Shown here: positions 29,870-39,061 of the stretch, piece by piece
Numbering within the stretch: position 1 is the stretch's first letter
How the letters are laid out: every line of letters begins with the position of its first letter
Origin: an uncultured delta proteobacterium
GTDB lineage: Bacteria > Desulfobacterota > Desulfobulbia > Desulfobulbales > JAGXFP01
Direction: 5' to 3'
Assembly (NCBI GenBank): GCA_963807225.1
Contig: CAWEAD010000011.1
Location: 31,749-95,748, forward strand
Length of the DNA: 64,000 nucleotides
Notes under the pieces: model-generated
What the model saw: only the letters and a program-made list of their open reading frames with translations
Databases searched by the model: none
Told to the model about the DNA's origin: nothing
Program-made: the position numbers and the translations under genes

Positions 29870-30175
29870 TCAGTCCACGATTTGGACCAGCATCTGGCGG
29901 ATGGTGTAAGTCGACTTGTGGGAGGCCACCGGCGACTCGGTGTTCTTCATGTTGTCGCGGTTGATGAAGGCCGGGCAGATGGCGGCGATCCGGTCCTCGG
30001 TCTGGACGATGACGGCGATCTTCTTTTCGACCTCCGCCATATTGCGCTCCTGGCGCTGGACGGCCTGGCGCTGCCGATAATCGAGCTTGACCTCGGCCCA
30101 CGCCACTCCCGCACCCAAAAACACCAGCAAGGCTATCGCCAAGGCCCGCCGTATCCACACGGACTGGCCGATCAT
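29870..30175 (-). CDS. Hypothetical secreted protein (possibly truncated)
   Basis: Signal peptide ending AWA, high GC3 codon usage, followed by terminator. Confidence 0.5.
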   Translation of the reverse strand: MIGQSVWIRRALAIALLVFLGAGVAWAEVKLDYRQRQAVQRQERNMAEVEKKIAVIVQTEDRIAAICPAFINRDNMKNTESPVASHKSTYTIRQMLVQIVD

Positions 30176-30296
30176 TGCCCCGCCTTAGCATCTTCGTAAA
30201 CTCGATCCTGGCCTGGCCGAGCCAGCGATGTATTATGGAAAAACGTTCAGGAGAGCAACAAAAAATCCGGAGAAATTCCACCTGCCACGGTTCATT

Positions 30297-30878
30297 TCAG
30301 CCCAGCAACCCGAGCGTCGTTCGGGAAATTCCCAGCAAGTGCTCGGCGGAAGAACCGCCCGCCGCCAGGACCACCAACCCCCAGGTCGTGGCACTGATTG
30401 CCCCGGCCATCGCGGCACAGTCCAGGTTGCGGGCGAATTCCCCCCGGACCACCCCTTCTTCCAAAGCGGTGGTGAGTACCTGTCGCTCCCTGGCAAAGAG
30501 CGACGCCGCCATCTCCTTGGTTTCCTGGTCGTGCTGCTCACCCTCGAAGACGGAAAAGACCACCAGGCAACCGGCCGGGGTTTGCGGATCTGTGAGAATT
30601 CCGATCACCCGGGCATGCCAGCCGGCGATGGCCCCGCGGCTCGTCACCGCAGCTTCGAAAGTTTCGGCCAGGGCCATTTCGATCCGCTTGATGTAAAGAG
30701 AAAAACAGGCCTTAAACAGGGAACGCTTGTTGCCGAAGGCGTTGTAGATGCTGGTCCGCAGCAGCCCAGTGGCCTCCTCCAGGTCCTGCAGGGAAGTGGC
30801 CGAATAACCCTTTTCCCAGAAAAGTTGCATGGCGGTACTCAAAGCCTTCGCCTCGTCAAACCCCTTGCCCCTCGCCAT
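30297..30878 (-). CDS. TetR/AcrR-family regulator
   Basis: MARGKGFD..FWEKGYSATSLQDL..SIYNAFGNKRSLF..GCLV. Confidence 0.92.
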   Translation of the reverse strand: MARGKGFDEAKALSTAMQLFWEKGYSATSLQDLEEATGLLRTSIYNAFGNKRSLFKACFSLYIKRIEMALAETFEAAVTSRGAIAGWHARVIGILTDPQTPAGCLVVFSVFEGEQHDQETKEMAASLFARERQVLTTALEEGVVRGEFARNLDCAAMAGAISATTWGLVVLAAGGSSAEHLLGISRTTLGLLG

Positions 30879-30956
30879 AAGTTGCCCCTCTCGCCTCGCT
30901 CTTGGCCCAGAAATGGATTGACACCTCAGTCGTGACAATTTACCATATCGATATTA

Positions 30957-30968
30957 TACTGATCAGTA
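30957..30968. promoter_or_regulatory. Palindromic operator between divergent tetR and cytochrome genes
   Basis: Perfect 12-bp palindrome TACTGATCAGTA. Confidence 0.55.
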
Positions 30969-31007
30969 CAGTATTGCCACCGTTTTTCACTTTTCAAGGA
31001 GTCCGCG

Positions 31008-31409
31008 ATGCGCCAGCCATTAATTTTACTCGTCGCTGTTTTAGCCGTCTGTTCCTGGGCCCTGCGGGCCGAGGCCAACCCCACGACCAGGTATGACGCC
31101 ACCACCGACAGCTGCCGGGTTCTCGACCACGGTCCTTTGGAATGGGCCAGCCGGCCATACGGCGAGGGCGGCAAGGAGTTCCGGAAGGTATGCCAGGGCT
31201 GCCATTATAAGGGAAACGACAAAGGCGCCCCTTTTCTCTGGACCGAGTCGAAGTCATCCAAAGCCTGGGACCGGGTCTTTGCCGAACGATATCCGAAGTG
31301 CGCCAAAAACGGCTCCTGGGATGTCCTTGATCAAGAGCAAATATTGGAGGTAAACGATTACCTCTATCGCTGGGCCAGGGGCACCTCCGACCCCGGCAAC
31401 GGCTGCTGA
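31008..31409 (+). CDS. Periplasmic monoheme cytochrome c; C-terminus GC-stop or, if recoded, GCUN ending at 31415
   Basis: Signal peptide, CQGCH; ends GGC TGC TGA AAC TGA followed by SECIS-like hairpin 31421-31439. Confidence 0.85.
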   Translation: MRQPLILLVAVLAVCSWALRAEANPTTRYDATTDSCRVLDHGPLEWASRPYGEGGKEFRKVCQGCHYKGNDKGAPFLWTESKSSKAWDRVFAERYPKCAKNGSWDVLDQEQILEVNDYLYRWARGTSDPGNGC

Positions 31410-31588
31410 AACTGATCCCTTTCTCCCGGTCCGGGAGAATCAAACACCAAATCGGCTGAATAAGCACCCTCCCCGCCAGTCGGACCTGTCCGACTGGCCA
31501 GACAGGTCCGACTATCCCCGCCCCCCTTTCCGGGCCTGACCGGAAATGAATACTGGCATCGCCTCCCCTCTACAGTTACATTGCTAAG

Positions 31589-32287
31589 ATGACTTCCAGC
31601 AAATCCCGAAAAGCCGTGATCCTCTTGAGTGGCGGTCTCGACTCCACCACGGTGCTGGCCATTGCTCAGGATCAGGGCTACGACTGCCATTGCCTGAGCT
31701 TCGCTTACGGTCAGCGCCAGGGAATCGAGCTGGAGCGGGCCAAAGAGATTGCCGCTCGGGCCTCCGCCGTCCATCTGGTCCTGCGCCTCGACCTGGACAA
31801 GATCGGCGGCTCGGCTCTGACCTCGGACCAGGAGGTGCCCAAGCACCGTTCCGGCGAAGAGATGGCCGGCCCGATCCCGGCCACCTACGTACCCAGCCGC
31901 AACCTGATCTTCCTGGCCCACGCCGCCGCCTGGGCCGAGGTGCTGGGCACCGGCGAGATCTTCATCGGGGTCAACGCCCTGGACTACAGCGGCTACCCGG
32001 ACTGCCGGCCGGAATTCATCACCGCCTTCGAAAAGCTGCTCAACCTGGGCACCAAAGCCGGCGTGGAGGGCGATTCACCCTTTACCATCCATGCCCCGTT
32101 GCTGCATCTCAACAAGAGCGAAATCATCAAAAAAGGGTTGGCGCTGGGAGTGGATTACCGCCTGACTCACAGCTGCTACGACCCGGGTTCCGGGGGCAGA
32201 GCCTGCGGGGCCTGCGACGCCTGTCTTCTGCGCCTAAAGGGCTTTCGGGAAGCCGGCGCATCCGATCCGCTAGACTACCAGGAGTAA
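31589..32287 (+). CDS. queC: 7-cyano-7-deazaguanine synthase
   Basis: LSGGLDST, TYVPSRN, DYSGYPDCR, SCY, CGACDAC. Confidence 0.97.
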   Translation: MTSSKSRKAVILLSGGLDSTTVLAIAQDQGYDCHCLSFAYGQRQGIELERAKEIAARASAVHLVLRLDLDKIGGSALTSDQEVPKHRSGEEMAGPIPATYVPSRNLIFLAHAAAWAEVLGTGEIFIGVNALDYSGYPDCRPEFITAFEKLLNLGTKAGVEGDSPFTIHAPLLHLNKSEIIKKGLALGVDYRLTHSCYDPGSGGRACGACDACLLRLKGFREAGASDPLDYQE

Positions 32288-32291
32288 TATC

Positions 32292-33299
32292 ATGACCGAC
32301 TATCCCACCCCTACCGGCACCCTGTTGATGATCGGCCTGCCAGGCCGGGAATTGGACGATTCCACCCGGGAGTTGATCAGCCGCCACGGGGTCAACAATT
32401 TCATTCTTTTCCGCCGCAATGTGTCCGACCCTGCCCAACTGCAAAGACTCTGCGCCGATCTGGCCGTGGCCAGCCTGGCGGTCACCGGCTTCTGGCCGCT
32501 GATCGCTATCGACCAGGAAGGCGGCAGCGTTACCCGGCTACCCGATCCCTGGACCGTCTTCCCGGATCAACGCAAACTGGCCGAAGGCGACCAGCCGGAA
32601 GATGCCCTGCGGGATTATGCGGCAACCTGCGCCCGCGAACTGCTGGCCGCCGGGATCAATCTCAACCTGGCCCCGGTCCTGGACCTGGCCCCGGCCGGCG
32701 GTGAGTATTTCATGGAACGCCGCGCCCTGGGCAACGATCCCGAAACGGTAAGCCGGCTGGGCGGCCTGGTGATTGAGGAGATGCAGCGCGGCGGCCTGGC
32801 CGCCTGCGGCAAACACTTTCCAGGCCTGGGTTCGGCCCGCCTCGACCCGCACCGGGTCGGGTTGACCATCGACAAAAAGCGCCCCGCCATCGAGAAGGAA
32901 GATCTCTCTCCCTTTCGGGCCGCCATCGCGGCCGGAGTAGCGGCGCTGATGACTTCGCATGCCTCTTACCCGGCCCTGGACCCGGATCTGCCGGCCACTC
33001 TCTCGCCAGCCATTCTCACCGGACTCTTACGGGATGAGTTGGGCTACGACGGCCTGGTGATTACCGACGACCTGGAGATGGGCGCCATTGAAAACGAAAA
33101 AACCGTGGCCGAAGCGGCCATTCTGGCTTTTAATGCCGGAGCCGACCTGCTCCTGATCGGCCAGAACCAGGACAAGGTGCGCGAAACCATCGACGCCCTG
33201 GAAACAGCCCGTTCCACCGGCCGGATCGAAAATGCCCGGGTTGGCCAGGCCCGGCAACGGATCGACCGGGTGCGCCGCGCCTACCCGGTACCGCTATAA
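32292..33299 (+). CDS. nagZ: Beta-N-acetylhexosaminidase (GH3)
   Basis: IDQEGGSVTRL, KHFPGLG..DPH, ITDDLEMGA. Confidence 0.92.
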   Translation: MTDYPTPTGTLLMIGLPGRELDDSTRELISRHGVNNFILFRRNVSDPAQLQRLCADLAVASLAVTGFWPLIAIDQEGGSVTRLPDPWTVFPDQRKLAEGDQPEDALRDYAATCARELLAAGINLNLAPVLDLAPAGGEYFMERRALGNDPETVSRLGGLVIEEMQRGGLAACGKHFPGLGSARLDPHRVGLTIDKKRPAIEKEDLSPFRAAIAAGVAALMTSHASYPALDPDLPATLSPAILTGLLRDELGYDGLVITDDLEMGAIENEKTVAEAAILAFNAGADLLLIGQNQDKVRETIDALETARSTGRIENARVGQARQRIDRVRRAYPVPL

Positions 33300-33355
33300 A
33301 TGAGGCAACCAATCACAGGGCCAATGGACAGTAATATCTCGCCTCTCCTGTCGCA

Positions 33356-33460
33356 TAAGCGATCACAGATGCCGGAGATGCGCGAAAGCGGCCTGCGAGG
33401 CTGTACTCGGGTACGCGAACAGGTCGCTGACAAAGCAGATTCGGTACCTGTGATCGCTTA
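33356..33460. mobile_element. 105-bp MITE-like element with 21-bp imperfect terminal inverted repeats
   Basis: taagcgatcacagatgccgga ... ttcggtacctgtgatcgctta (outer 13 bp perfect, 18/21 overall), TA at both ends, intergenic. Confidence 0.6.
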
Positions 33461-33481
33461 CTGAATGAGGGTTTACGCAAC

Positions 33482-35092
33482 ATGACCATGGAAAGCGAAA
33501 AACTCGTCATCGAGCTCAATTACCGCAACGAGATCATCGACGAGAGAAATGAAGCGGAACCCTTCAACAGCCGCAAGATGTTCGACCTGCTGCCGGAAAC
33601 GGTGGTAGACAAGCGCACCCTGCAACTGGTGGAGATCCACGATCTCTTCCGCGCCCTGGATCACACCCGTACCCATGTCGGTTCGGCCCGGCTCTTCCAT
33701 TCTCTGACCAATCCTTCGGAATCGATCGAACTGATCCACGCCAAACAGGACTCCTACTGCGAACTGGAGAGCAATACCAGGCTGCAGGGCATCATCGCCG
33801 AGTTCCTGGAGACCTTCAGCACCGGGGAAGATCATCTCTTCAAGTTCCTTAACGCCCACATGCAGGCGTTGTTGCCCTATAACGATTTCAATGAGGCAAT
33901 GACCTCCATTGAGTTCATGCTGGAGGCGGCCGAGGTGCCCAAACCGGAAACGGCCTATCTCGATTCGCTCTTCAAATCGATCTTGAGTTTCCGGGTCTCG
34001 CCGGCCGCCAGTCTGGTTTCCGGTCCGCGTTACCGGACCCCCTCGGGAATCAAGGCCAAAGAGGAGAAGAGATCGTTCTTCCGACTCAAATTCAAACCCA
34101 GCCGCTTAACCATCGGCGCCCTGATCCCGGCCATGCCGGCCCTGCTCTTCGGCGCCTCCTGGATCTTCGGCTTCGGCAACCAGGCGGTGGCCTTCACCGG
34201 CTTCATGCTGACCTGCTGGCTCAGCATCTTCGGCATCCTTTACGCAGCGGTGATCAAACCGATGTTCGACTTCGAGACCGCCATCCTGCCGATCAGGAAC
34301 CGCTTGATCGAATCGAACCGATTCGCTTCGGCCATCGAGGCGGTGGCAGCCATCGACGAGCTGCTCTCCTTCGTGACTTACAGCAAGACGGTACCGCACC
34401 CTACGGTGATGCCGGAGTTCGGCAACCACGCCAAAAATCATTACTTCGTGGCTCGCGACCTGCGCAACCCGACCAAGGCAGTGAACGATCCGGACTTCGT
34501 CGGCAACGACCTGAACCTTGAGGGGATCGGCTCCACCTTCATCACCGGCCCCAACAGCGGCGGCAAGACCACCATCTGCAAGACCGTGGTCCAGAGCCAG
34601 ATCCTCGGTCAGATCGGCGGACCGGTGGTGGCAAGTTACGCCCGCATGAGCCTGGCCGACCGGATTACCTATCAGGCCCCGGCCTTCGACACCCTGTCCG
34701 ATGATGAAGGCCGCTTCGGCACCGAACTGAAGGTCACCCGCGACATCTTCTACGCAACTACCCCGCGGAGTCTGGTGATCCTGGACGAAATCGCCGAGGG
34801 CACCACCACCCACGAGAAAATGAGCTTGTCGGTGGAGATCATGAACGGCTTCCACCAGATCGGCAACAATACCCTGCTGGTCACCCACAGTTACGAACTG
34901 GTCGAGCAGTTTCGACGCCACAACAAGGGCCAATACCTGCAGGTGGAGTTCCAAGACGAGCTCCCCACCTATCGTTTGACCCCGGGAATATCCAAGGACA
35001 GCCACGCCCTCCGGGTCGCCACCAAGATCGGCTTCTCGCCCGACGAGATCCGAGCCCACCTGATCGAAAAAGGCTACCTCGCTGAAACCTGA
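33482..35092 (+). CDS. MutS-related membrane ATPase (MutS domain V, no mismatch-binding domain)
   Basis: Two central TM segments; ITGPNSGGKTT, GRFGTEL, VILDEIAEGT, VTH, GISKDSHAL. Confidence 0.85.
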   Translation: MTMESEKLVIELNYRNEIIDERNEAEPFNSRKMFDLLPETVVDKRTLQLVEIHDLFRALDHTRTHVGSARLFHSLTNPSESIELIHAKQDSYCELESNTRLQGIIAEFLETFSTGEDHLFKFLNAHMQALLPYNDFNEAMTSIEFMLEAAEVPKPETAYLDSLFKSILSFRVSPAASLVSGPRYRTPSGIKAKEEKRSFFRLKFKPSRLTIGALIPAMPALLFGASWIFGFGNQAVAFTGFMLTCWLSIFGILYAAVIKPMFDFETAILPIRNRLIESNRFASAIEAVAAIDELLSFVTYSKTVPHPTVMPEFGNHAKNHYFVARDLRNPTKAVNDPDFVGNDLNLEGIGSTFITGPNSGGKTTICKTVVQSQILGQIGGPVVASYARMSLADRITYQAPAFDTLSDDEGRFGTELKVTRDIFYATTPRSLVILDEIAEGTTTHEKMSLSVEIMNGFHQIGNNTLLVTHSYELVEQFRRHNKGQYLQVEFQDELPTYRLTPGISKDSHALRVATKIGFSPDEIRAHLIEKGYLAET

Positions 35093-35112
35093 GGGTTAGG
35101 AAGATATCGCCG

Positions 35113-35267
35113 ATGGAGTTCAACAATCGCCGATCCGGGTGACCATCAGTTTCGGGGTGGCCGCCTTGAACGTTGACGCCAACTCCTTCGAAGGTTTGCT
35201 TAAAAGGGCCGATAGAGCTCTGTACCGCGCCAAAGCCCGGTGCAGGTACAAGTCCTGTCTGGCTTAA
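35113..35267 (+). pseudogene. C-terminal remnant of a GGDEF diguanylate cyclase
   Basis: Frame from 35133 reads IRVTISFGVAAL..LLKRADRALYRAKARCR-stop; no GGDEF motif upstream. Confidence 0.75.
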
Positions 35268-35291
35268 CTTTCGTTGCAAAACTCTTTCCTT

Positions 35292-35328
35292 CGTCATTGC
35301 CAGGGAATGGAATGCCCGAAGCAATCTC
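35292..35328. repeat. Half copy of a CGTCATTGC..GAAGCAATCTC palindromic REP-like element
   Basis: cgtcattgccagggaatggaatgcccgaagcaatctc resembles the left arm of this widespread repeat type (from memory); right arm absent. Confidence 0.45.
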
Positions 35329-35710
35329 ATCGCGCAGCTCCCGTCAGATGCGGATAGCCCCAGCCCTACACAACTCGGATTTGCGGCCAGCCAATCGGCC
35401 TCGTGGTTCAATATCTCTTGCCGGTGGAGCCAATCCGAATTTCCGTTGCAAAGGTCGGTGTGGAGAGGTAATCAAAAGATAGGATTGTGGACAGACCTGC
35501 AATGAATAAGAAATAAGCAAAGGCACGGTCCTTTTGCCTTTAAGAACAAAAAAGCGGTGCAAGTTTCCGGTGAATAAGTCACCTATACCGGTCACCGGTT
35601 CTTGCCCTGGCAAATTTACTGAAGTCACGTATATAGGTGACCGGGATGTCACTTATATACGGATACCTATAATCAATACGTTGGGCTTCTTTCTCAATCA
35701 GGAGGGGGTG

Positions 35711-36142
35711 ATGGCTTTTAAGGAAAAATTTGAAAATGCTTTCGTATCTAAAGCAACTGAGGGCTTTGCTATCTCTTTGGGGGTTCTCCTGATATGGGTT
35801 GGCAAAGTACTTGCTCCAATTGTTGTTCCTGTGTTGGAACAAAAGCTTTCGAAAGAATCTTTGGTTTCACTCTTACTGGCATCACTAACGCTAAATATCT
35901 TACTTGTGATTTTGTTTTGGATACTTAACAATCGTTCCGCACCAAAGTTTAAACTTAAATACGGCATTTATTGGGACAGCGACAAAAACCCACACTGCCC
36001 GAACTGCAAAATCCCTATAGCTGGATATAGAGAATATGATCCTGGATGGGGGTACTATTGCAAACCATGTGGAAAAGTTTTTCATCTTACAGATGCTAGT
36101 GGGAAGGACATTAAGCCCGAGCAAGCCATTAAAGAACTATAG
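35711..36142 (+). CDS. Hypothetical membrane protein with C-terminal zinc ribbon (cassette-like)
   Basis: RBS ggagggg, two TMs, CPNC..CKPC; AT-rich; preceded by GTTGGGC core at 35680. Confidence 0.7.
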   Translation: MAFKEKFENAFVSKATEGFAISLGVLLIWVGKVLAPIVVPVLEQKLSKESLVSLLLASLTLNILLVILFWILNNRSAPKFKLKYGIYWDSDKNPHCPNCKIPIAGYREYDPGWGYYCKPCGKVFHLTDASGKDIKPEQAIKEL

Positions 36143-36169
36143 ATACAAAACAAGTATGAGTATCTTTCC

Positions 36170-36263
36170 AGTCAACCAACGGGTCAACCTGACTGCGAGA
36201 GACGTTGACGTCGCTAAAGCAGTAAATTCACTTGGCGCGGTCTGGTCTCTCGGCACGATGGGC
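36170..36263 (+). other. Degenerate attC-like site
   Basis: TCAACCAACGGGTCAACCTGAC.. left end and gcacGATGGGC right end (GTT core mutated), between two same-strand AT-rich ORFs. Confidence 0.4.
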
Positions 36264-36286
36264 ATACAAAAAAAATCAAGAATACT

Positions 36287-36655
36287 ATGTCAGTAAAAAA
36301 TCCAGAAAGAGAATGGAGTGAGCTCGAAATTTATAAAATCGAGTTCGAATTCCTTAAGCATCTAACGACAATATGCACAGGATCAATTCTTCTTATTGTC
36401 GCATTTCTCGAAAAATTATTTAAGCAACCTGAATGGAAAGCATTGGTCGCCGTTGCTCTTTGCTTTTTTGTGGCATCGATAACACTTTGTGCTTTTTCCC
36501 AAGTAACAATAATCGATAAAGCATCAGAAAATAAAAACTTTAGTTTAAGAGCATCAGTGCAGACATGGACGGTAGGATTGTTAATACTGGCATTGTTTTG
36601 TTATGTTGTTGGAATTGTATCTCTTGTTGCCTTTGGTTTAAAAAACCTGTTTTGA
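36287..36655 (+). CDS. Hypothetical three-TM membrane protein
   Basis: AT-rich ORF, FLKHLTTICTGSILLIVAF followed by hydrophobic helices. Confidence 0.65.
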   Translation: MSVKNPEREWSELEIYKIEFEFLKHLTTICTGSILLIVAFLEKLFKQPEWKALVAVALCFFVASITLCAFSQVTIIDKASENKNFSLRASVQTWTVGLLILALFCYVVGIVSLVAFGLKNLF

Positions 36656-36672
36656 GGGGGTGATAGAAGCAA

Positions 36673-37540
36673 ATGAGAAAATACCAATCCATGGTTCGAA
36701 TTCATTTCGACGGAGATATAGCAGAAAATCACCAACTCCCTATGAGAGCCCTTGGCAAAAGCGTAACTCATATCCAGACAGCTATTGACAGGGCATAATC
36801 TCTGATTGAAAATATAAAGATGGTGTTTGGAAGTACTGCACGTCTTGCACATGATGATTATCCAAAAACTGAGTTTATCGTACAGGCTCCCGAAGAAGGT
36901 GGGTACATACTTGATTTTTTTTCTAAGGTAGCAGAATCAAAAAAATACGTAGACAGGGTGTCTGATGCAATTAATCAAGCAGTAGCTCATGGTACTGAGA
37001 GAGTAATAATCCTGGAAGGATCAGGTTGAAAACCGCAGAACAACAAATCGCAAAACAACTTATAAAACCCATTAGTTTTAAGGCGTTTTTTAAAAATCCA
37101 AGCAAGGAAGTTGTCCGTAGATATGGTGATAGGTCGATTGCCAAAGAAATTGATCAAGTTCTTTCCACCATCAGGTCTGAATATGCTGGTGATAGCACAT
37201 TTGAACTACTACTGACTGGTGAGTCCACCAAAACGTACTCGTTTAATAGAGTATCAAGTCAAAATTTTCATGATGCTGTATCGCGAAGGAGCCTTGGAGT
37301 ACCAGTCGTTTATCGTGGCATCATGAAACAATTAGATATCGACAATAAACGTGGGAAATTTAAAAACGGCGACACAGGTACAACATCAATGTTGCATTTT
37401 GGTAGTGAGAAAGATTTTTTAAAAGCCCATCCATATCTTACCCCTGATAATCCAATACAATTCATAGGTTGCCCATTAATCGAGTTTGGTGCATTAGAGC
37501 CGAATCTGGTGATGTATATTTTGTTGATATTATTGACAAA
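36673..37540 (+). pseudogene. Fragmented hypothetical gene (stop and frameshifts)
   Basis: MRKYQSMVRIHFDGDIAENHQL..IDRA-stop, continued by overlapping ORF pieces 36820-37029 and 37026 onward in other frames. Confidence 0.6.
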
Positions 37541-37543
37541 AAA

Positions 37544-37610
37544 TCCAAACAAAGCAATTAACTGGAAAATTTGGCCTGCGGCCAATTTCCCAGCGATCGC
37601 AACGTTAACC
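37544..37610 (+). other. attC-like recombination site
   Basis: CCAAAC..GCAATTAACTGG..GGAAAATTTGGC/GCCAATTTCC..CCAGCGATCGC..GTTAACC; 67 bp, AAC/GTT cores, directly before the next ATG. Confidence 0.6.
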
Positions 37611-37632
37611 GTCCAATATACAGGAACACTAT

Positions 37633-38589
37633 ATGGGAAAACAGATCAGTATTTATCTTGCAGATAATAGTGCTTCAGGTATTCGGCATGGCGAAATAAC
37701 AAACTGGACAGGACAAGCATTAGCATGCCCACGAGCTCGTTTCTCATCTCTTAGAGAATGGTTGGAAATTAAAAGGCCTGGCGTCTATTTTTTGTTCGGA
37801 ATAGATGAGGAAACCGGAAATGAAGCAGCGTACATTGGCGAAGCAGAAATAGTATTAGATCGCCTTCTTACCCATATTAACGGTAAAGATTTCTGGACTG
37901 AGCTTGTCGCATTTACTAGCAAAGACGACAAATTAACCAAAGCTCATGTTCGTTATCTTGAATCACGACTAGTCCAACTCGCAATAGAAGCTGGTAGATA
38001 TCAAATAAAGAATTCTTCATCCCCACAGTTGCCTGCTTTACCACGGGCTGACAAGGATGCGATGGAAGAATATTTGGAACCAGTACGCATGTTGCTAGGT
38101 GTGCTTGGGCATAAAGTAATAGAACCTTTAGTCTCAAAGGCTACGTCCACCCGGTGTGAAGAGAATTCAGAACCCACGAAAACATCTCCTGATGAAACGG
38201 TTTTGCAGCCAACCAATCACATTGAATTACCAACAAACCTTGTTTTCAAACTACACGTTAAAAATATTTCTGCTTCAGCCACGAGCACCAACGAAGGAAT
38301 TGTAGTTCTTGCTGGATCTCAAGCCGCACCATCAATAAAAAACAGTATTTCTAACGGTTGCCGAACCTTGAGAGAGAAACTCATTAAGGAAGGCATTCTC
38401 GCACAATCCGGCACAAAAGTTGAGTTTGTGAGAGATCATTTATTTAATAGCCCTTCACAGGCCGCAGAAACAATTGTGGGTTACTCTATCAATGGTCGTG
38501 AGGCTTGGAGGCTTTCAGATGGAACGACATATGCTAAGTACGAATCAAGAGCGTCAGAAGCCCTTCTAGATGAAATTTCAAGGTTATAA
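37633..38589 (+). CDS. GIY-YIG nuclease with DUF4357-type C-terminal domain
   Basis: GVYFLFG..AYIGEAE..RL..H; LTKAHVRYLE; C-terminal FNSPSQAA..GYSINGREAW. Confidence 0.88.
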   Translation: MGKQISIYLADNSASGIRHGEITNWTGQALACPRARFSSLREWLEIKRPGVYFLFGIDEETGNEAAYIGEAEIVLDRLLTHINGKDFWTELVAFTSKDDKLTKAHVRYLESRLVQLAIEAGRYQIKNSSSPQLPALPRADKDAMEEYLEPVRMLLGVLGHKVIEPLVSKATSTRCEENSEPTKTSPDETVLQPTNHIELPTNLVFKLHVKNISASATSTNEGIVVLAGSQAAPSIKNSISNGCRTLREKLIKEGILAQSGTKVEFVRDHLFNSPSQAAETIVGYSINGREAWRLSDGTTYAKYESRASEALLDEISRL

Positions 38590-38741
38590 ACAATGTTTGG
38601 ATGGTGTTTGGATGGGGTCGGACCAAGCTAACCTCCTGTTAATTCACAAATAATTCCTAATTTACGGCCTGTTTTTCGCCTTAGAAGCCACTTTCCGGGG
38701 GCAAAAAAGTGACTTTAAGCTGTGTCCGTTTTAACCTTCCT

Positions 38742-38781
38742 TTGACAATGCTGTTGATGGTATTTATAATCGTATCATCAA
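38742..38781 (+). promoter_or_regulatory. Consensus sigma-70 promoter with overlapping inverted-repeat operator for the TA operon
   Basis: TTGACA(38742)-17 nt-TATAAT(38765); IR ttgatggta/tatcatcaa flanking the -10. Confidence 0.8.
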
Positions 38782-38803
38782 TAGTACTATTAGGAGGTTT
38801 ATT

Positions 38804-39061
38804 ATGGGTTCGATTGCTGCCAATGAGTTGAAAACCAGGGGGGTCGCGGCGATCAGCGAGAAGTTGAGCGAGGCACCGGAAGCGACCATCACCGTGCGGG
38901 GGAAAGAACGCTACGTGGTGATGGATATCGAGCACTACCGCTACCTCCGGGAGTGCGAACTGGAGGCCGCCCTGCTGGAAGCCCGGGAGGACCTGAAGGC
39001 GGGTCGGGTAGTCACCGAAAGCGTGGCGGAGCATATTAAAAGGCTGACCGATGCCGTATAG
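38804..39061 (+). CDS. Phd/YefM-family antitoxin
   Basis: IAANELKTRG..ITVRGKERYVVM; overlaps downstream toxin. Confidence 0.85.
   Translation: MGSIAANELKTRGVAAISEKLSEAPEATITVRGKERYVVMDIEHYRYLRECELEAALLEAREDLKAGRVVTESVAEHIKRLTDAV

Noticed and set aside
29870-29872. TGA stop of the 101-aa secreted ORF as possible Sec
   Set aside because: No Cys-type context; the downstream hairpin is too far away and has a U-tract, so it is a terminator
31440-31588. preQ1 riboswitch upstream of queC
   Set aside because: No class I stem-loop with A-rich tail
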